From: Macrostomum lignano
Taxonomy: Eukaryota
DNA: 64,000 bases
Assembly: GCA_002269645.1 (NCBI GenBank)
Contig: NIVC01000892.1
Location: 186,001 to 250,000, forward strand
Direction: 5' to 3'
Position 1 is the first letter of the stretch. Each line of letters begins with the position of its first letter. Shown here in pieces: positions 13,501-29,547 of this stretch. The translations under genes and the position numbers were made by a program. The notes under the pieces are model-generated. The model did not search any database and had not been told where the DNA came from. It was given only the letters and a program-made list of their open reading frames with translations.

Positions 13501-14076
13501 CAGAGAGTGCCATCAATATTGGTCAGAGAGTGCCATCAATATTGGCCAGAGAGTGCCATCAGTATTGGTCAGATAACAACAGCACTACTCACCTGAGGCA
13601 GGTAGTAGTATTGCAGAATATCCGCCACAATTTGAGATTGGTGCGAGAACGAGGCGCCCAGCAGCAGAGCTTTGTTGGGAGGCTGCAGGTAGCCGTCAAT
13701 CAGTGCTTTGGCGGCGCTGCCAGTTTTGTCCTGAAATTTCGGGATTACAATTTGAAATCGAATTTCCTCGAAAAAGACCAGTTGGTTGGGGTACTGAGCG
13801 GGACTGAAGGAGGAGACACACTGAGAAGAAACAGACGAGGAGCTTAAAAAACGGACTACTCACTTCCTCAGCAATCTCCAGAGTGTAGATCATCTCGAAG
13901 GCCGGGAACAGGTGGCTGATATTGTTGGTGATGTACCTGAAGCTGAAATTCAAATAATCCGGGTCGGTGACGAAGCCGGTGGCGCTGGAACTGATGCAAA
14001 GCACGTTCACCACTTGGCGTCCAGCAGCTGCCCCGAATGAGGCTAGCAGGAGCAGAATGAGCATTCGATTCGACAT
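7528..14076 (-). CDS. GABA-B receptor-like class C GPCR, paralog A (~732 aa, 13 exons)
   Basis: Exons 14076-13864, 13730-13593, 12090-11920, 11518-11417, 10580-10506, 10334-10146, 10055-9819, 9731-9668, 9440-9363, 9227-8845, 8363-8241, 8040-7708, 7620-7528; all GT-AG, phases consistent, no internal stop. Signal peptide, Venus-flytrap domain, GGSPPVD linker without Cys-rich domain, GABA-B-type 7TM ([24 protein letters not shown]...ALNDSK.IG..VYN). Confidence 0.9.
8570..8790. repeat. Intron-10 unit shared by both paralogs: one copy in A, two in B (~22470-22710, ~22765-22995)
   Basis: Shared GATATGTATCGAAAGTAAA ... GGACCTCCTGATTTCAA; the minus strand carries a B-box-like GGTTCGAGCCC/GGTTCGAATGC in B, possibly a tRNA-derived relic. 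Confidence 0.5.
10628..11365 (+). mobile_element. Non-autonomous Tc1/IS630-type DNA transposon, ~135-bp TIRs, in intron 4 of gene A
   Basis: 10630-10765 is an imperfect inverted copy of 11228-11363; TA-containing flanks; internal frameshifted HTH pieces VIEALDRGEHPKDIARLLNVKEKVVYSI and LLDAVETNPLLT..ISTISRAL; no DDE domain. Confidence 0.75.
12130..13572. repeat. 23-bp minisatellite (ATTGGTCAGAGAGTGCCATCAAT) filling intron 2 of gene A
   Basis: About 60 units, degenerate at the left edge; source of the spurious ECHQYWSES ORFs. Confidence 0.97.
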
Positions 14077-14204
14077 TTTTGATAAGCTCCCCTCGGGAAA
14101 GATGCCACCCTCGGAACCGGCCCGCTCCGTCAGTTCCTTTTGTAGTTTATGCACACACCTGCCTTGCTTCCTTCAGCCAATGGCCTTGTCCGCTCGTCCC
14201 ATGC

Positions 14205-19020
<4,816 letters not shown>

Positions 19021-19524
19021 AATGTGTTTGTTTGTTCCGAGTTCCCGTTAGACAATCAGCCAGCGAGTTTTCATTTGAAGAATTCCGCAACCGGCGTTAT
19101 TTCTGGGATAATAAGGGATAAAAGAAAATTAGACCTGACTGATTTCGTCCAGATCTGACACAAATCGAGAAAGTAATCATAAAGGCAGCCAGATCGAGTC
19201 AGGTGGTGAAGCAGCTCCTGCCAAATTAATAGACTGAATCTGAATGGACAAGAAGTCATAAAACTTCTAATTTCAGGTGACCAACAACACCTGCTCAAAT
19301 CATGCTGCAAATTGTGTCGCGATTAAAAGGTGAAAATAATGAAAATATACGACCAAGAAATAGAAAATGACAGGAAGATGAAGAGTAGCTCAGCTGAAAT
19401 CCGGGCCTGAGCTGAAAGATGGAGAAGCCTCTAATTTTCTTGCATGGATCTCCGCTTCGCTCTCATTCTCTGGGAATTGAAGATTCGATGCAATAACAGG
19501 TATCGGAAAACTTCAGCTAAAGAG

Positions 19525-20357
19525 ATTGCTAATCTAGCTAACCTCATAGATAAATAATAGAATGTATTGCTAATCTATAGCCAACATCACAGATGAAGGA
19601 ATAGAATGGATTGCTAATCTATAGCCAACATCACAGATGAAGGAATAGAATGGATTGCTAATCTAGCCAACCTCATAGATAAATAATAGAATGTATTGCT
19701 AATCTATAGCCAACATCACAGATGAAGGAATAGAATGGATTGCTATATAGCCAACCTCATAGATAAATAATAGAATGTATTGCTAATCTAGCCAACATCA
19801 CGGATGACGGAATAGAATGGATTGCTAATCTATAGCCAACATCACGGATGAAGGAATAGAATGGATTGCTAATCTAGCCAACATCACGGATGAAGGAATA
19901 GAGTGGATTGCTAATCTAGCCAACATCACGGATGAAGGAATAGAATGGATTGCTAATCTAGCCAACATCACCAATGAAAGAATAGAATGGATTGCTAATC
20001 TAGCCAACATCATGGAATAATGGAATAGAATGGATTGCTAATCTAGCCAACATCACGGATGAAGGAATAGAATGGATTGCTAATCTAGCCAACATCACGG
20101 ATGAAGGAATAGAACGGATTGCTAATCTAGCCAACATCACGGATGAAGGAATAGAATGGATTGCTAATCTAGCCAACATCACGGATGAAGGAATAGAATG
20201 GATTGCTAATCTAGCCAACATCACGGATGAAGGAAGAGAATGGATTGCTAATCTAGCCAACATCACGGATGAAGGAATACAATGGATTGCTAATCTAGCC
20301 AACATCACGGATGAAGGAATACAATGGATTGCTAATCTAGCCAACATCACGGATGAA
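19525..20357. repeat. 42-bp minisatellite (GCTAATCTAGCCAACATCACGGATGAAGGAATAGAATGGATT)
   Basis: About 19 units; same family at 29942-30519 and inverted at 43405-43600. Confidence 0.95.
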
Positions 20358-20744
20358 GGATAATATGATTTTTCTGGATAGATTTCTGCGAGTAAGTCAG
20401 TCCGGTAGTTTCGTACGCAGACGCACTGGCACCCGTAAAAAAGAAAGGAATCACACCATTCTCGCTACAAGCCTAGCATGCTTTGCTTGCAGATCAGATA
20501 AATAAATACTCGTTCGAGGGTGGAGGATTAGAGCGGCATGAAGAACACTCTATTTTTTCTGAAAAAAACTTCTTTGTTAAATGGACGTGTTTGACAACAC
20601 TGCGCTAAACTAAAGACTGGAAGCTTTAACTCAACGATTCATTGGATCATTCATCCCGTGGCTGATTTTTGCAAATATAAAGCTAGAAAATGTTGTGTTT
20701 CCTGTACTGTTGCGAGGTTATTGTGAGCTGTTTATTCGGTAGGT

Positions 20745-21338
20745 AGACAGTCAGTAGACAGTCGGAAGCCAGCCGGTAGCCAGCCGGTAGTCAGTCGGTA
20801 GTCAGTCGGTAGTCAGTCGGTAGTCAGTCGGTAGCCAGCCGGTAGTCAGTCGGTAGTCAGTCGGTAGCCAGCCCGTAGTCAGTCGGTAGTCAGTCGGTAG
20901 TCAGTCGGTAGTCAGTCGGTAGTCAGTCGGTAGTCAGTCGGTAGTCAGTCGGTAGCCAGCCGGTAGTCAGTCGGTAGTCAGTCGGTAGCCAGCCCGTAGT
21001 CAGTCGGTAGTCAGTCGGTAGCCAGCCCGTAGTCAGTCGGTTGTCAGTCGGTAGTCAGTCGGTAGTCAGTCGGTAGTCAGTCGGTAGTCAGTCGGTAGCC
21101 AGCCGGTAGTCAGTCGGTAGTCAGTCGGTAGCCAGCCCGTAGTCAGTCGGTTGTCAGTCGGTAGTCAGTCGGTAGTCAGTCGGTAGTCAGTCGGTAGTCA
21201 GTCGGTAGTCAGTCGGTAGTCAGTTGGCAGTCAGTCGGTAGTCAGTCGGTTGTCAGTCGGTAGTCAGTCGGTAGTCAGTCGGTAGCCAGCCGGTAGTCAG
21301 TCGGTAGACAGTCGGTAGACAGTCAGTAGTCAGTCGGC
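20745..21338. repeat. 11-bp satellite in the presumed 3' UTR of gene B
   Basis: About 54 units of GGTAGTCAGTC between the stop (21349) and AATAAA (minus, 20736-20731). Confidence 0.95.
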
Positions 21339-21348
21339 AAGCTGCATT

Positions 21349-24300
21349 CTAGCTCAGGGGCACCACAATGCCACCAGGGTTACGCATTGCACTTTCATTA
21401 TCTCCAACCCTGGCTGGCCCGCGCTTAATTAGCATGAAGATCTGGAATTGTATTAATAAGTAGTTTGTGAGTTGATAAAAGACATCTTCAAATGTGTGAC
21501 TCATGATTGATATACACGCGGTTACCACACCTTGCTGCCAAACACCAGAATCAGGGTGGTACTTGAGCAGATTATGATGCAGCTGGCAATGAGCGACACT
21601 TTCAGATCCTGACTCGACGAGGGCAGAGCGAACAGAATGACCACACCGATGAGACCCATGACGGTGGTGTTGTACACGCACACTCCGATCTTCTTCGAGT
21701 CGTTGAGCGCTTCCACCTGCACCGTGCGAGTCTCCCAGGCAAAGAACAGCGCGAACAGCAGTAGAAGTCCTGAAGTTTTGAGCAAAAATCACTCTTTAAA
21801 ACTGCTCAAAGTTTTTAACCAATAATTTCGATTGCAAACCTTTGATTCCGAGTTCAACACCAATCCAAATTGTCATGTTGTTGCAGCTGCATTCGTCAAT
21901 TACGGTCTTCAGTAGAGTTCCGGCTTCTGTTTCCTGGAAAGTGTTTAATATTCTTGTTTTAATTTTTTAAACGATTTTTTGACTTAATGATTACTAACAG
22001 TAGGCAATGTCGCTATATGAAAATCGACAGCCTAAATAAACTGACCACGGCTGGTAGAAAGAATCGTTGAAATGTCATCGGATCGAAGATGGCCCAGGTG
22101 ACCAGCAGAGCGACATCGGTGGCCAGGACTAGCAGGATTACGGCGAACAGGTGTGAATCCTTGATGGTCTGCGAATGTAAAATAATCAAGTTGAGTTAAA
22201 TTAATGGGTTTCCCACCGAGATTCTCCCAACAAGATTCTCTCTTTGAGCTTATTTGAGCTTATGCTCACTCATTTAACTGATGATTATGATTACAAATTC
22301 ATAAACCCTGGTGGCAGCAATCTAGCAATTGCATTAGGGATTAGTAAATGTGTTCTGAGTGAAGTAATAATCATAAGCTACCAATCGACAGACTCTAGCA
22401 CCCTGCCGTTATACACAATCCTTAGCAGCAATTATTTCTAGCTAATAAGTTAGTGGCTCATTATAAATACCGTATCACTTGCCGATATGTATCGAAAATA
22501 AACTTTATAATGTGTAGTATTAGTTGAATTTTATCTGGTAATCCAATAAATCTTTGGGCATCGCCTTTTGAAACATTGTCGAAGAATTTAACTGAAATCT
22601 TGGTCTTTTGGGCTTTAATTCTATAATTGTTTGCTGCAAATTATTGTAGTCGCTGTGGGGCTCGAACCTCGGACCTCCTGATTTCAAGAACCACGTGATT
22701 CCTTTCTGCTACGATGGCCCTCTTGAAACGGAGTGAACTTTTACTATGACTTTGTATCACTTGCAGATATGTATCGAAAGTAAAGTGTTGCTAGGTAAGT
22801 TATCAGTTGAATTTAATCAGGGAATTTTATGTATCATTGCGCTAGGCCTATCGGCACATTGTTGATGACTTTTTAGTTTGCCATTGTTTGCACTTTTCAA
22901 CATAAAAACATTGGCATTCTGGGCTGTAAACAATTGTGACCGCATTCGCATTCGAACCCTGGACCTCCTGATTTCAAGAATCACGTGATTCCTCTGCGCC
23001 ACAACGGCCGTTTCGCGACGGAGTGACTCTGGAACATAAAAGCCCTACTAACAGACCGGCAGCTAAGCTCACCACCCTGCGCAGCTTCACGTTGGTGAAG
23101 ATGCGGTGCACTCGCCACGTCTTGGCCAGCATGGCGCCGAACGCGGCCGAGTAGCCAATGGTGAGCAGAGCCGTTTGAGTCCAGCACAGACCGGTGCTCA
23201 CTGCCCAGTGCGAGTTCACCGCCATCACAATGCAGGACGCGTAGCACATCAGACAGCCAGCGCCGATCACGTTGTTCACGAGGGGACTGCTCATCTTGAT
23301 GAGGCGAAGCTCTCTATAGTGGAAGTTCACAGCCACTGTCGCTATGGAAACGGCGATGCCAATGGAGGAGGCTGAGGTGATGGCAATTGCTCCGGATCTG
23401 CTCAGCTGCAGCTGCCTAGTGAGCAGCTCGGGAGCGTCCACCGGAGGTGAGCCGCCTGCAGTTAGCCATCCGGTATGGACTGTTGGATTTCGAGCTGTTT
23501 TAATGCTAACAAGACAAATCAATCTCACTTGCGAACCAGAGATTGGCATGAGTCCAGTTTGCCGCATTAGCAATGGGGTCGTACAGTCCGACCAGGTGCC
23601 GCGTCAGATCTAATGAGGTACATAAAGATTGAGCTGATATTCAACCATACGCATGTACTCAGCAACATTGAAAAGTCGCCACTCTATGCGCCAGTGAGCA
23701 ATTTCTCTTGGACTGTTCTGAATTTGATTTTGTAATTGATTTTTCAAGCTTATTGAGGTAAAGTTTTTTTGGATTTTTCTACTAACACTGTCGACAATCG
23801 AGAAGATTAACGGGAAGGTTAATAGTTGAGCAGCCACCACGTATAATGATACGTATCCATGCAGACATGCCCAGACACACAGTCGCGCAGGTATGCATAA
23901 AGTCACACGAAAGCTCGAAGCTGATTTCGAGTAGCTCGAAATCAAACCGTTGCTACACCAAGATATGGATTCTCTTCTGAGCTTCCCCAAATGTCAACAC
24001 GTGTAAGAGAAAGGTAACAAATAATTCTATGTTGTTTAGTGTAAGCTGTTGTACTTCTCAGCTGGTAGATCATCACCACAGAGGTTCGGTCACCGTTGCT
24101 GTCAAACACGACTCGACCCTGCATTGAGAAGAGGCGGTTGAGCTGCCGTGAGCTCACAGACTGACCGTCAAGGTAAAAAAACGCAGAAGAAAAAGCAAAA
24201 CTAACAGAGAGACCGATAAAGTCCAGCTTCAAAATGTTCCTCATCAGCTCAGCTTTGAACGATGAGTTGCCCAGCTGCATCTCATCTGAGTAGTTCCACG

Positions 24301-27300
24301 ACTGCAGCGTCTGATTCAGCGCGAGGGCCGCCGACATCACGGAGTCGAAGCGAAGGTCGAAACCGCGAATCGTCTTCATCACAGCGTTCGCGCTTCTGCC
24401 GGGGTACTCGATGAGGAATTGGCGGTACAGCTCTGGGAGAGTCTGCGGACAGTTGCGGGAAGGGAGTCGTCTGCAAGTCTCTGATGTTGCACTGCACGGC
24501 CCTACAGCTCTGGGAGTCTGCAGGACAAAAATCAAGGATCAGCTCATACCTTTCCAGCTGGTCCAATCCTTGTCTCAACCAGCGCAGGGTCCATCACCGC
24601 CGTGTCCATCTCGATGGAGCCCTCCAGACTCTCTGCTCTGTCGGAATCTGGGCATGAGCCCTCAACAATGTTTTGGGTATCTGTCAGGCCCACTTGAATC
24701 CAAAAGTATTTTGAGCCATAAGCTCTCAGGCGCTTCAGCTGCGGGTCGACGATGCCGTGACACTTATTGAAAGCAAATATAACGTTCTGTCATTATAAAG
24801 TTCGAGGGGAAGTATGGATAGTATAGAAACTAAACGAGGAAGGTAATCGATTGAAAATTAGGAAATGTGTTTCATTTCTATTTTATGACTATTTGGTGCC
24901 TCTAAGCGACGGCAGTGGAGTAGGGTTGCTCGTGCCAGTCTATACTTGCTTTTACATCGCTCGTGCCACTAGCGAGGCCAGAGGAGTGGGGTGGGTGCAT
25001 AATTGGTTTGACTATACTATGTCACGTGCCTCTCGCGAGGGCAGAGGAGTGGGGTGGGTGCATAATTGGTTCGACTATACTATGTCACGTGCCTCTCGCG
25101 AGGGCAGAGGAGTGGGGTAGGTGCATAATTGCTTTGACTAGACTATGTCGCGTGCCTATCGCGAGGGTAGAAGAGTGGGGTGGGCGCATAATTGCTTTGA
25201 CTAGACCATGTCGCGTGCCTATCGCGAGGGTAGAAGAGTGGGGTGGGTTCATCAGCCAGCCTACACTGTACGAGTATATTTGGTTTGGCTAGACTATATC
25301 GCGTGCCTCTCGCGAGGGCAGAGGAATGGGGTGGGTGCATCAGCCAGCCTGGTTTAGCTGTGGAGTGCTGTGTGAGTTGAAAACTTTTTGATAAGTTTCT
25401 TTTTCAATCTCACAGTCACAGCTATAGAACTTCTACTTACAACGCAATCAAACCGCTTGCCCGGTTCCTCCAGAATGGCCACACGTACGATAATAAAAAT
25501 CCGGATATCATTTTCCTGTAAAATATGAATTTTTTCTTTACTTGAAGCTCCAATTTACTGTTTTTTTCTAATCGAAACAGTCTTAATTCCTTACCAACAG
25601 GTTGGTTATAGCATTGGTTGCGTCGCCGCTATAGATCATTTTCTGATACGAGGTCAGGTTATTTGCCTTCAATTCCGCTTCCAATTGTAGGGTGACCTCA
25701 AAAATAATTTAGTATATGAATTTCACATATGAACTCATACTGATGTTAAAAAAATTGCATTGAATTCTATTTTTCAAATTAACCCTTACCGGATAGACCA
25801 CTTCAAAGGAGGAGGTGACTAAGCCGAACTTTTTCCAGCCGAATTTCTTTATAATGTTTACCACCGGCTTGACAAAAATACTGTTAGCAATGGGCAGTCT
25901 AACATAGTAGGGGTACAGTGACTTGTCACTTAACAGTGGAGACGTGTTTGAGTAGCCAATCTGCAAATGTTCAATGAGTCGTACGCTGTTTGTAAGACAA
26001 TTTAAGACAAACCGTTTTACCGCTCTACTCACTTCAGGTAGGTAGTAGTACTGTCCAATGTCGGCCAAGATTTGCGATTGATGAGAGAATGAGGCACCCA
26101 GCAGCAAAGCTTTGTTGGGAGGCTGCAGGTAGCCATCGATCAGGGCTTTGGCGGCGCTGCCAGTTTTGCCCTGGTATTGGGCGATTGAATTAAATCTTAG
26201 TTCTAAATTAAATCTAAATCTAAGAAGCTGCTTTCACACAAAAACTGCTTTTATTCGACCTTTGTCGTGTCTTCCAAAAGAGGAGAATAAATTAGAGAAG
26301 AAGAGAAAAAGGATAGGAGAGGAGAGGAGAGGAGATGAGATGAGAGGAGAGAAGAGGAGAGGAGAGGAGAGGAGAGGAGAGGAGAGGAGAGGAGAGGAGA
26401 GGAGAGGAGAGGAGAGGAGAGGAGAGGAGAGAAGTGGAGAGGAGAGGAGAAAAGAAGAGAGTAGAGGAGAGGAGAGGATAGAAGAGAGGAGGGCAGGAGA
26501 GGAGAGGAGAGGAGAGGAGAGGAGAGGAGAGAAGAGGAAAGGAGGGGAGAGGAGAGGAGAGTAGAGGAGAGGAGAGGAGAGAAGTGGAGAGGAGAGGAGA
26601 AAAGAAGAGAGTAGAGGAGAGGAGAGTAGAGGAGAGGAGAGGAGAGAAGTGGAGAGGAGAGGAGAAAAGAAGAGAGTAGAGGAGAGGAGAGTAGAGGAGA
26701 GGAGAGGAGAGAAGTGGAGAGGAGAGGAGAAAAGAAGAGAGTAGAGGAGAGGAGAGGATAGAAGAGAGGAGGGCAGGAGAGGAGAGGAGAGGAGAGGAGA
26801 GGAGAGGAGAGAAGAGGAGAGGAGGGGAGAGGAGAGGAGAGGAGAGGAGAGGATAGAAGAGAGGAGGGCAGGAGAGAAGTGGAGAGGAGAGGAGAGGAGA
26901 GTAGAGGAGAGGAGAGGAGAGTAGAGGAGAGGAGAGGAGAGGAGAAAAGAAGAGAGTAGAGGAGAGGAGAGGAGAGGAGAGGATAGAAGAGAGGAGGGCA
27001 GGAGAGGAGAGGAGAGAAGAGGAGAGGAGGGGAGAGGAGAGGAGAGGAGAGGAGAGGATAGAAGAAAGGAGGGGAGAGGAGAGGAGAGGAGAGGATAGAA
27101 GAGAGGAGGGCAGGAGAGGAGAGGAGAGGAGAGGAGAGGAGAGGAGAGGAGAGGAGAGGAGAGGAGAGGAGAGGAGAGGAGAGGAGAGGAGAGGAGAGGA
27201 GAGGAGAGGAGAGGAGAGGAGAGGAGAGGAGAGGAGAGGAGAGGAGAGGAGATGAGAGGAGAGGAGAGGAGAGGAGAGGATAGAAGAGAGGAGGGCAGGA

Positions 27301-27791
27301 GAGGAGAGGAGAGCAGAGGATATAAAAGAGCAGAGGAGAGGAGAGGAGAGGAGAGGAGGGGAGAGGAGAGGAGAGGAGAGGAAAGGAGAGGAGAGGAGAG
27401 GAGATGAGAGCAGAGGATATAAACGAGAAGAGGTGAAGATAGAAGAGAGGAGAGGAGAGGAGATGAGAGCAGAGGATATAAACGAGAAGAGGTGAAGATA
27501 GAAGAGAGGAGAGCATAGGAGAGGTGACACCAAACGAAAGCTCCAAAGCCAGTCACTTACTCCATCAACCATCTGCATTGTGTAGCTGAGCTGAAACTTG
27601 GGAAACAGGTCACTTATATTATTATTGACGTATTGAAAGCTGTACTTCAAGATGTCTTGGTCCACTTCGAATACAGGCGAATTCGAGTTGATGCAGAGGA
27701 TATGGATTGTCTGCCGGCCCGCTGCCTCAGCCGCGGGGCAAAGAAGCAGAGCAAGAAGCAACAGCTGTAGGCAAAGGATTAGCCTGACCAT
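21349..27791 (-). CDS. GABA-B receptor-like class C GPCR, paralog B (~739 aa, 14 exons)
   Basis: Exons 27791-27561, 26170-26033, 25960-25790, 25696-25595, 25515-25441, 24738-24550, 24442-24206, 24118-24055, 23609-23529, 23455-23073, 22168-22046, 21933-21840, 21769-21531, 21441-21349; GT-AG, collinear with paralog A, open throughout. TATA-like TTATAAAA ~60 nt upstream of the ATG. Confidence 0.9.
24955..25350. repeat. 63-bp minisatellite in intron 5 of gene B
   Basis: GCGAGG anchor recurs at 24972, 25035, 25098, 25161 and 25224 (63-bp spacing), then 25312. Confidence 0.9.
26316..27515. repeat. (GAGGA)n polypurine microsatellite in intron 1 of gene B
   Basis: Direct inspection; source of the spurious LLSSP/RRGEE ORFs. 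Confidence 0.97.
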
Positions 27792-28107
27792 TTTCCGTTG
27801 TTTCAGAATAATTCCGAAATGATGCGGGGATTTGAGCACCTGCAGCATGTTTTATAAGCTGCCTGCCGGCCAGTGGGGAGCAGGTGGTCTCATTGCAGCG
27901 ATTTTCTCTGGCTGCTTTTCTGCTTGCTTTAATTTTCTTTAATTTCAGTTTTCTCTTTGCCGCAGCCACCCTCTTCTCTCTATTTTTTAATTGTTGCCTC
28001 AGTCACCGTTCCTCCATCTCTACTTCCGCTTCACCTTATGCCTTGACTTCCACTGCACCTGTCACCTCGCCTTCTCCCTCGAAATGCCACCTGCCTTCAT
28101 GTTATGG

Positions 28108-28740
28108 ACTAAAGTCTAGCTGGCGTAGACTAAACTCCAGCTGGCATGGACTAAACTCCAGGGCATAGACTGAACTCCAGCTGGCATAGACTAAAACTCC
28201 AGCTGGCATAGACTGAACTCCAGCTGGCATAGACTAAACTCCAGCTGGCATAGACAAACTCCAGCTGGCATAGACTAAACTCCAGCTGGCATAGACTAAA
28301 CTCCAGCTGGCATAGACTGAACTCCAGCTGGCATAGACTAAACTCCAGCTGGCATAGACGAACTCCAGCTGGCATAGACTAAACTCCAGCTGGCATAGAC
28401 TAAAACTCCAGCTGGCATAGACTAAACTCCAGCTGGCATAGACTAAACTCCAGCTGGCATAGACTAAACTCCAGCTGGCATAGACTAAACTCCAGCTGGC
28501 ATAGACTAAACTCCAGCTGGCATGGACTAAACTCCAGGGCATAGACTGAACTCCAGCTGGCATAGACTAAAACTCCAGCTGGCATAGACTAAACTCCAGC
28601 TGGCATAGACTAAACTCCAGCTGGCATAGACTAAACTCCAGCTGGCATAGACTGAACTCCAGCTGACATGGACTAAACTCCAGCTGGCATAGACTAAACT
28701 CCAGCTGGCAAAGACTAAACTCTAGCTGGCATAGACTAAA
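28108..28740. repeat. 21-bp minisatellite (CCAGCTGGCATAGACTAAACT) upstream of gene B
   Basis: About 30 units, most containing CAGCTG. Confidence 0.95.
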
Positions 28741-29547
28741 AATCGGAGTGACACAGTGAAATACAAACATATTAATATTTTTACTTCTCGCAACCTCATC
28801 AGTTAATTATTGTAGCAATTTTATCCTCTTTCCCCTTTCGCAATCATCTTCCTCGCACTCAAGAAAAATTGTTGATGCAGAGCTTCGCGCGGCAGCTGAA
28901 AAACAGCTGAGCTGACATTTTAATTAATCAAGACAGCGAGTCAAAAAACGTACAAAAGCAACTGATAAATTCTGTATTTTAATATATATTGAATAATTAC
29001 CGCAGTAAAATAATGTATAAATGTGCAAGTTAGTGCAAACAATATTAAATTCATTATAGTTTAATTTGGTGAGGTTTTTACTTTGCTACTACTGCTAGCT
29101 AGTAGGGAAGCGAGCACATATTTTCCCGTAATTAAGGATATCAAAATATACAAAGTCATGCACAATATTTAGAAAATATACACTCGTAAATTGAGGCTTA
29201 CTGTTCGAAATACGCAAAATCAACGAGAGAATACAAAAATCGAAGCAAAAATTATAAGAAAAAAATCAGAATAAAAATAATGCAACTACTACTTCATTTT
29301 GTTTAAATGAATTCAGCAACCAAATAAATCCGCATATTTCAACTTACAGTAGCAGAAAATCACTAGCTAGCTAAATTCCCGAGAAAATTTCATTTATCTT
29401 TGCGCCGTTACAAGAAACAATTTAAATCTGTGGGAAAGTTTCATTCTCAAGCAATTATAAAGATTATTTAAAGTGCTCCTAAGCCTCCTAAATGTTACAG
29501 CCAGCTGTCATTATGTAGCCAATTGCCAATAGAGATATGTGCAAAAA

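Noticed and set aside
12130-13572. CRISPR-like look of the 21-42 bp arrays (here and at 28108, 33300, 44683)
   Set aside because: Units are head-to-tail with no unique spacers, there are no cas genes, and they lie in spliceosomal introns of a eukaryote.
19071-19310. 79-aa minus-strand ORF between the GATA block and the 42-mer array
   Set aside because: No recognisable motif, splice context or similarity to either receptor.
24443-24549. Duplicated acceptor in intron 6 of B (cag|ACTCCCAGAGCTGTA at 24518) giving an in-frame 25-aa extension
   Set aside because: It would leave a 32-nt intron, far below the other introns here (70 nt or more), and the equivalent AG is lost in A.
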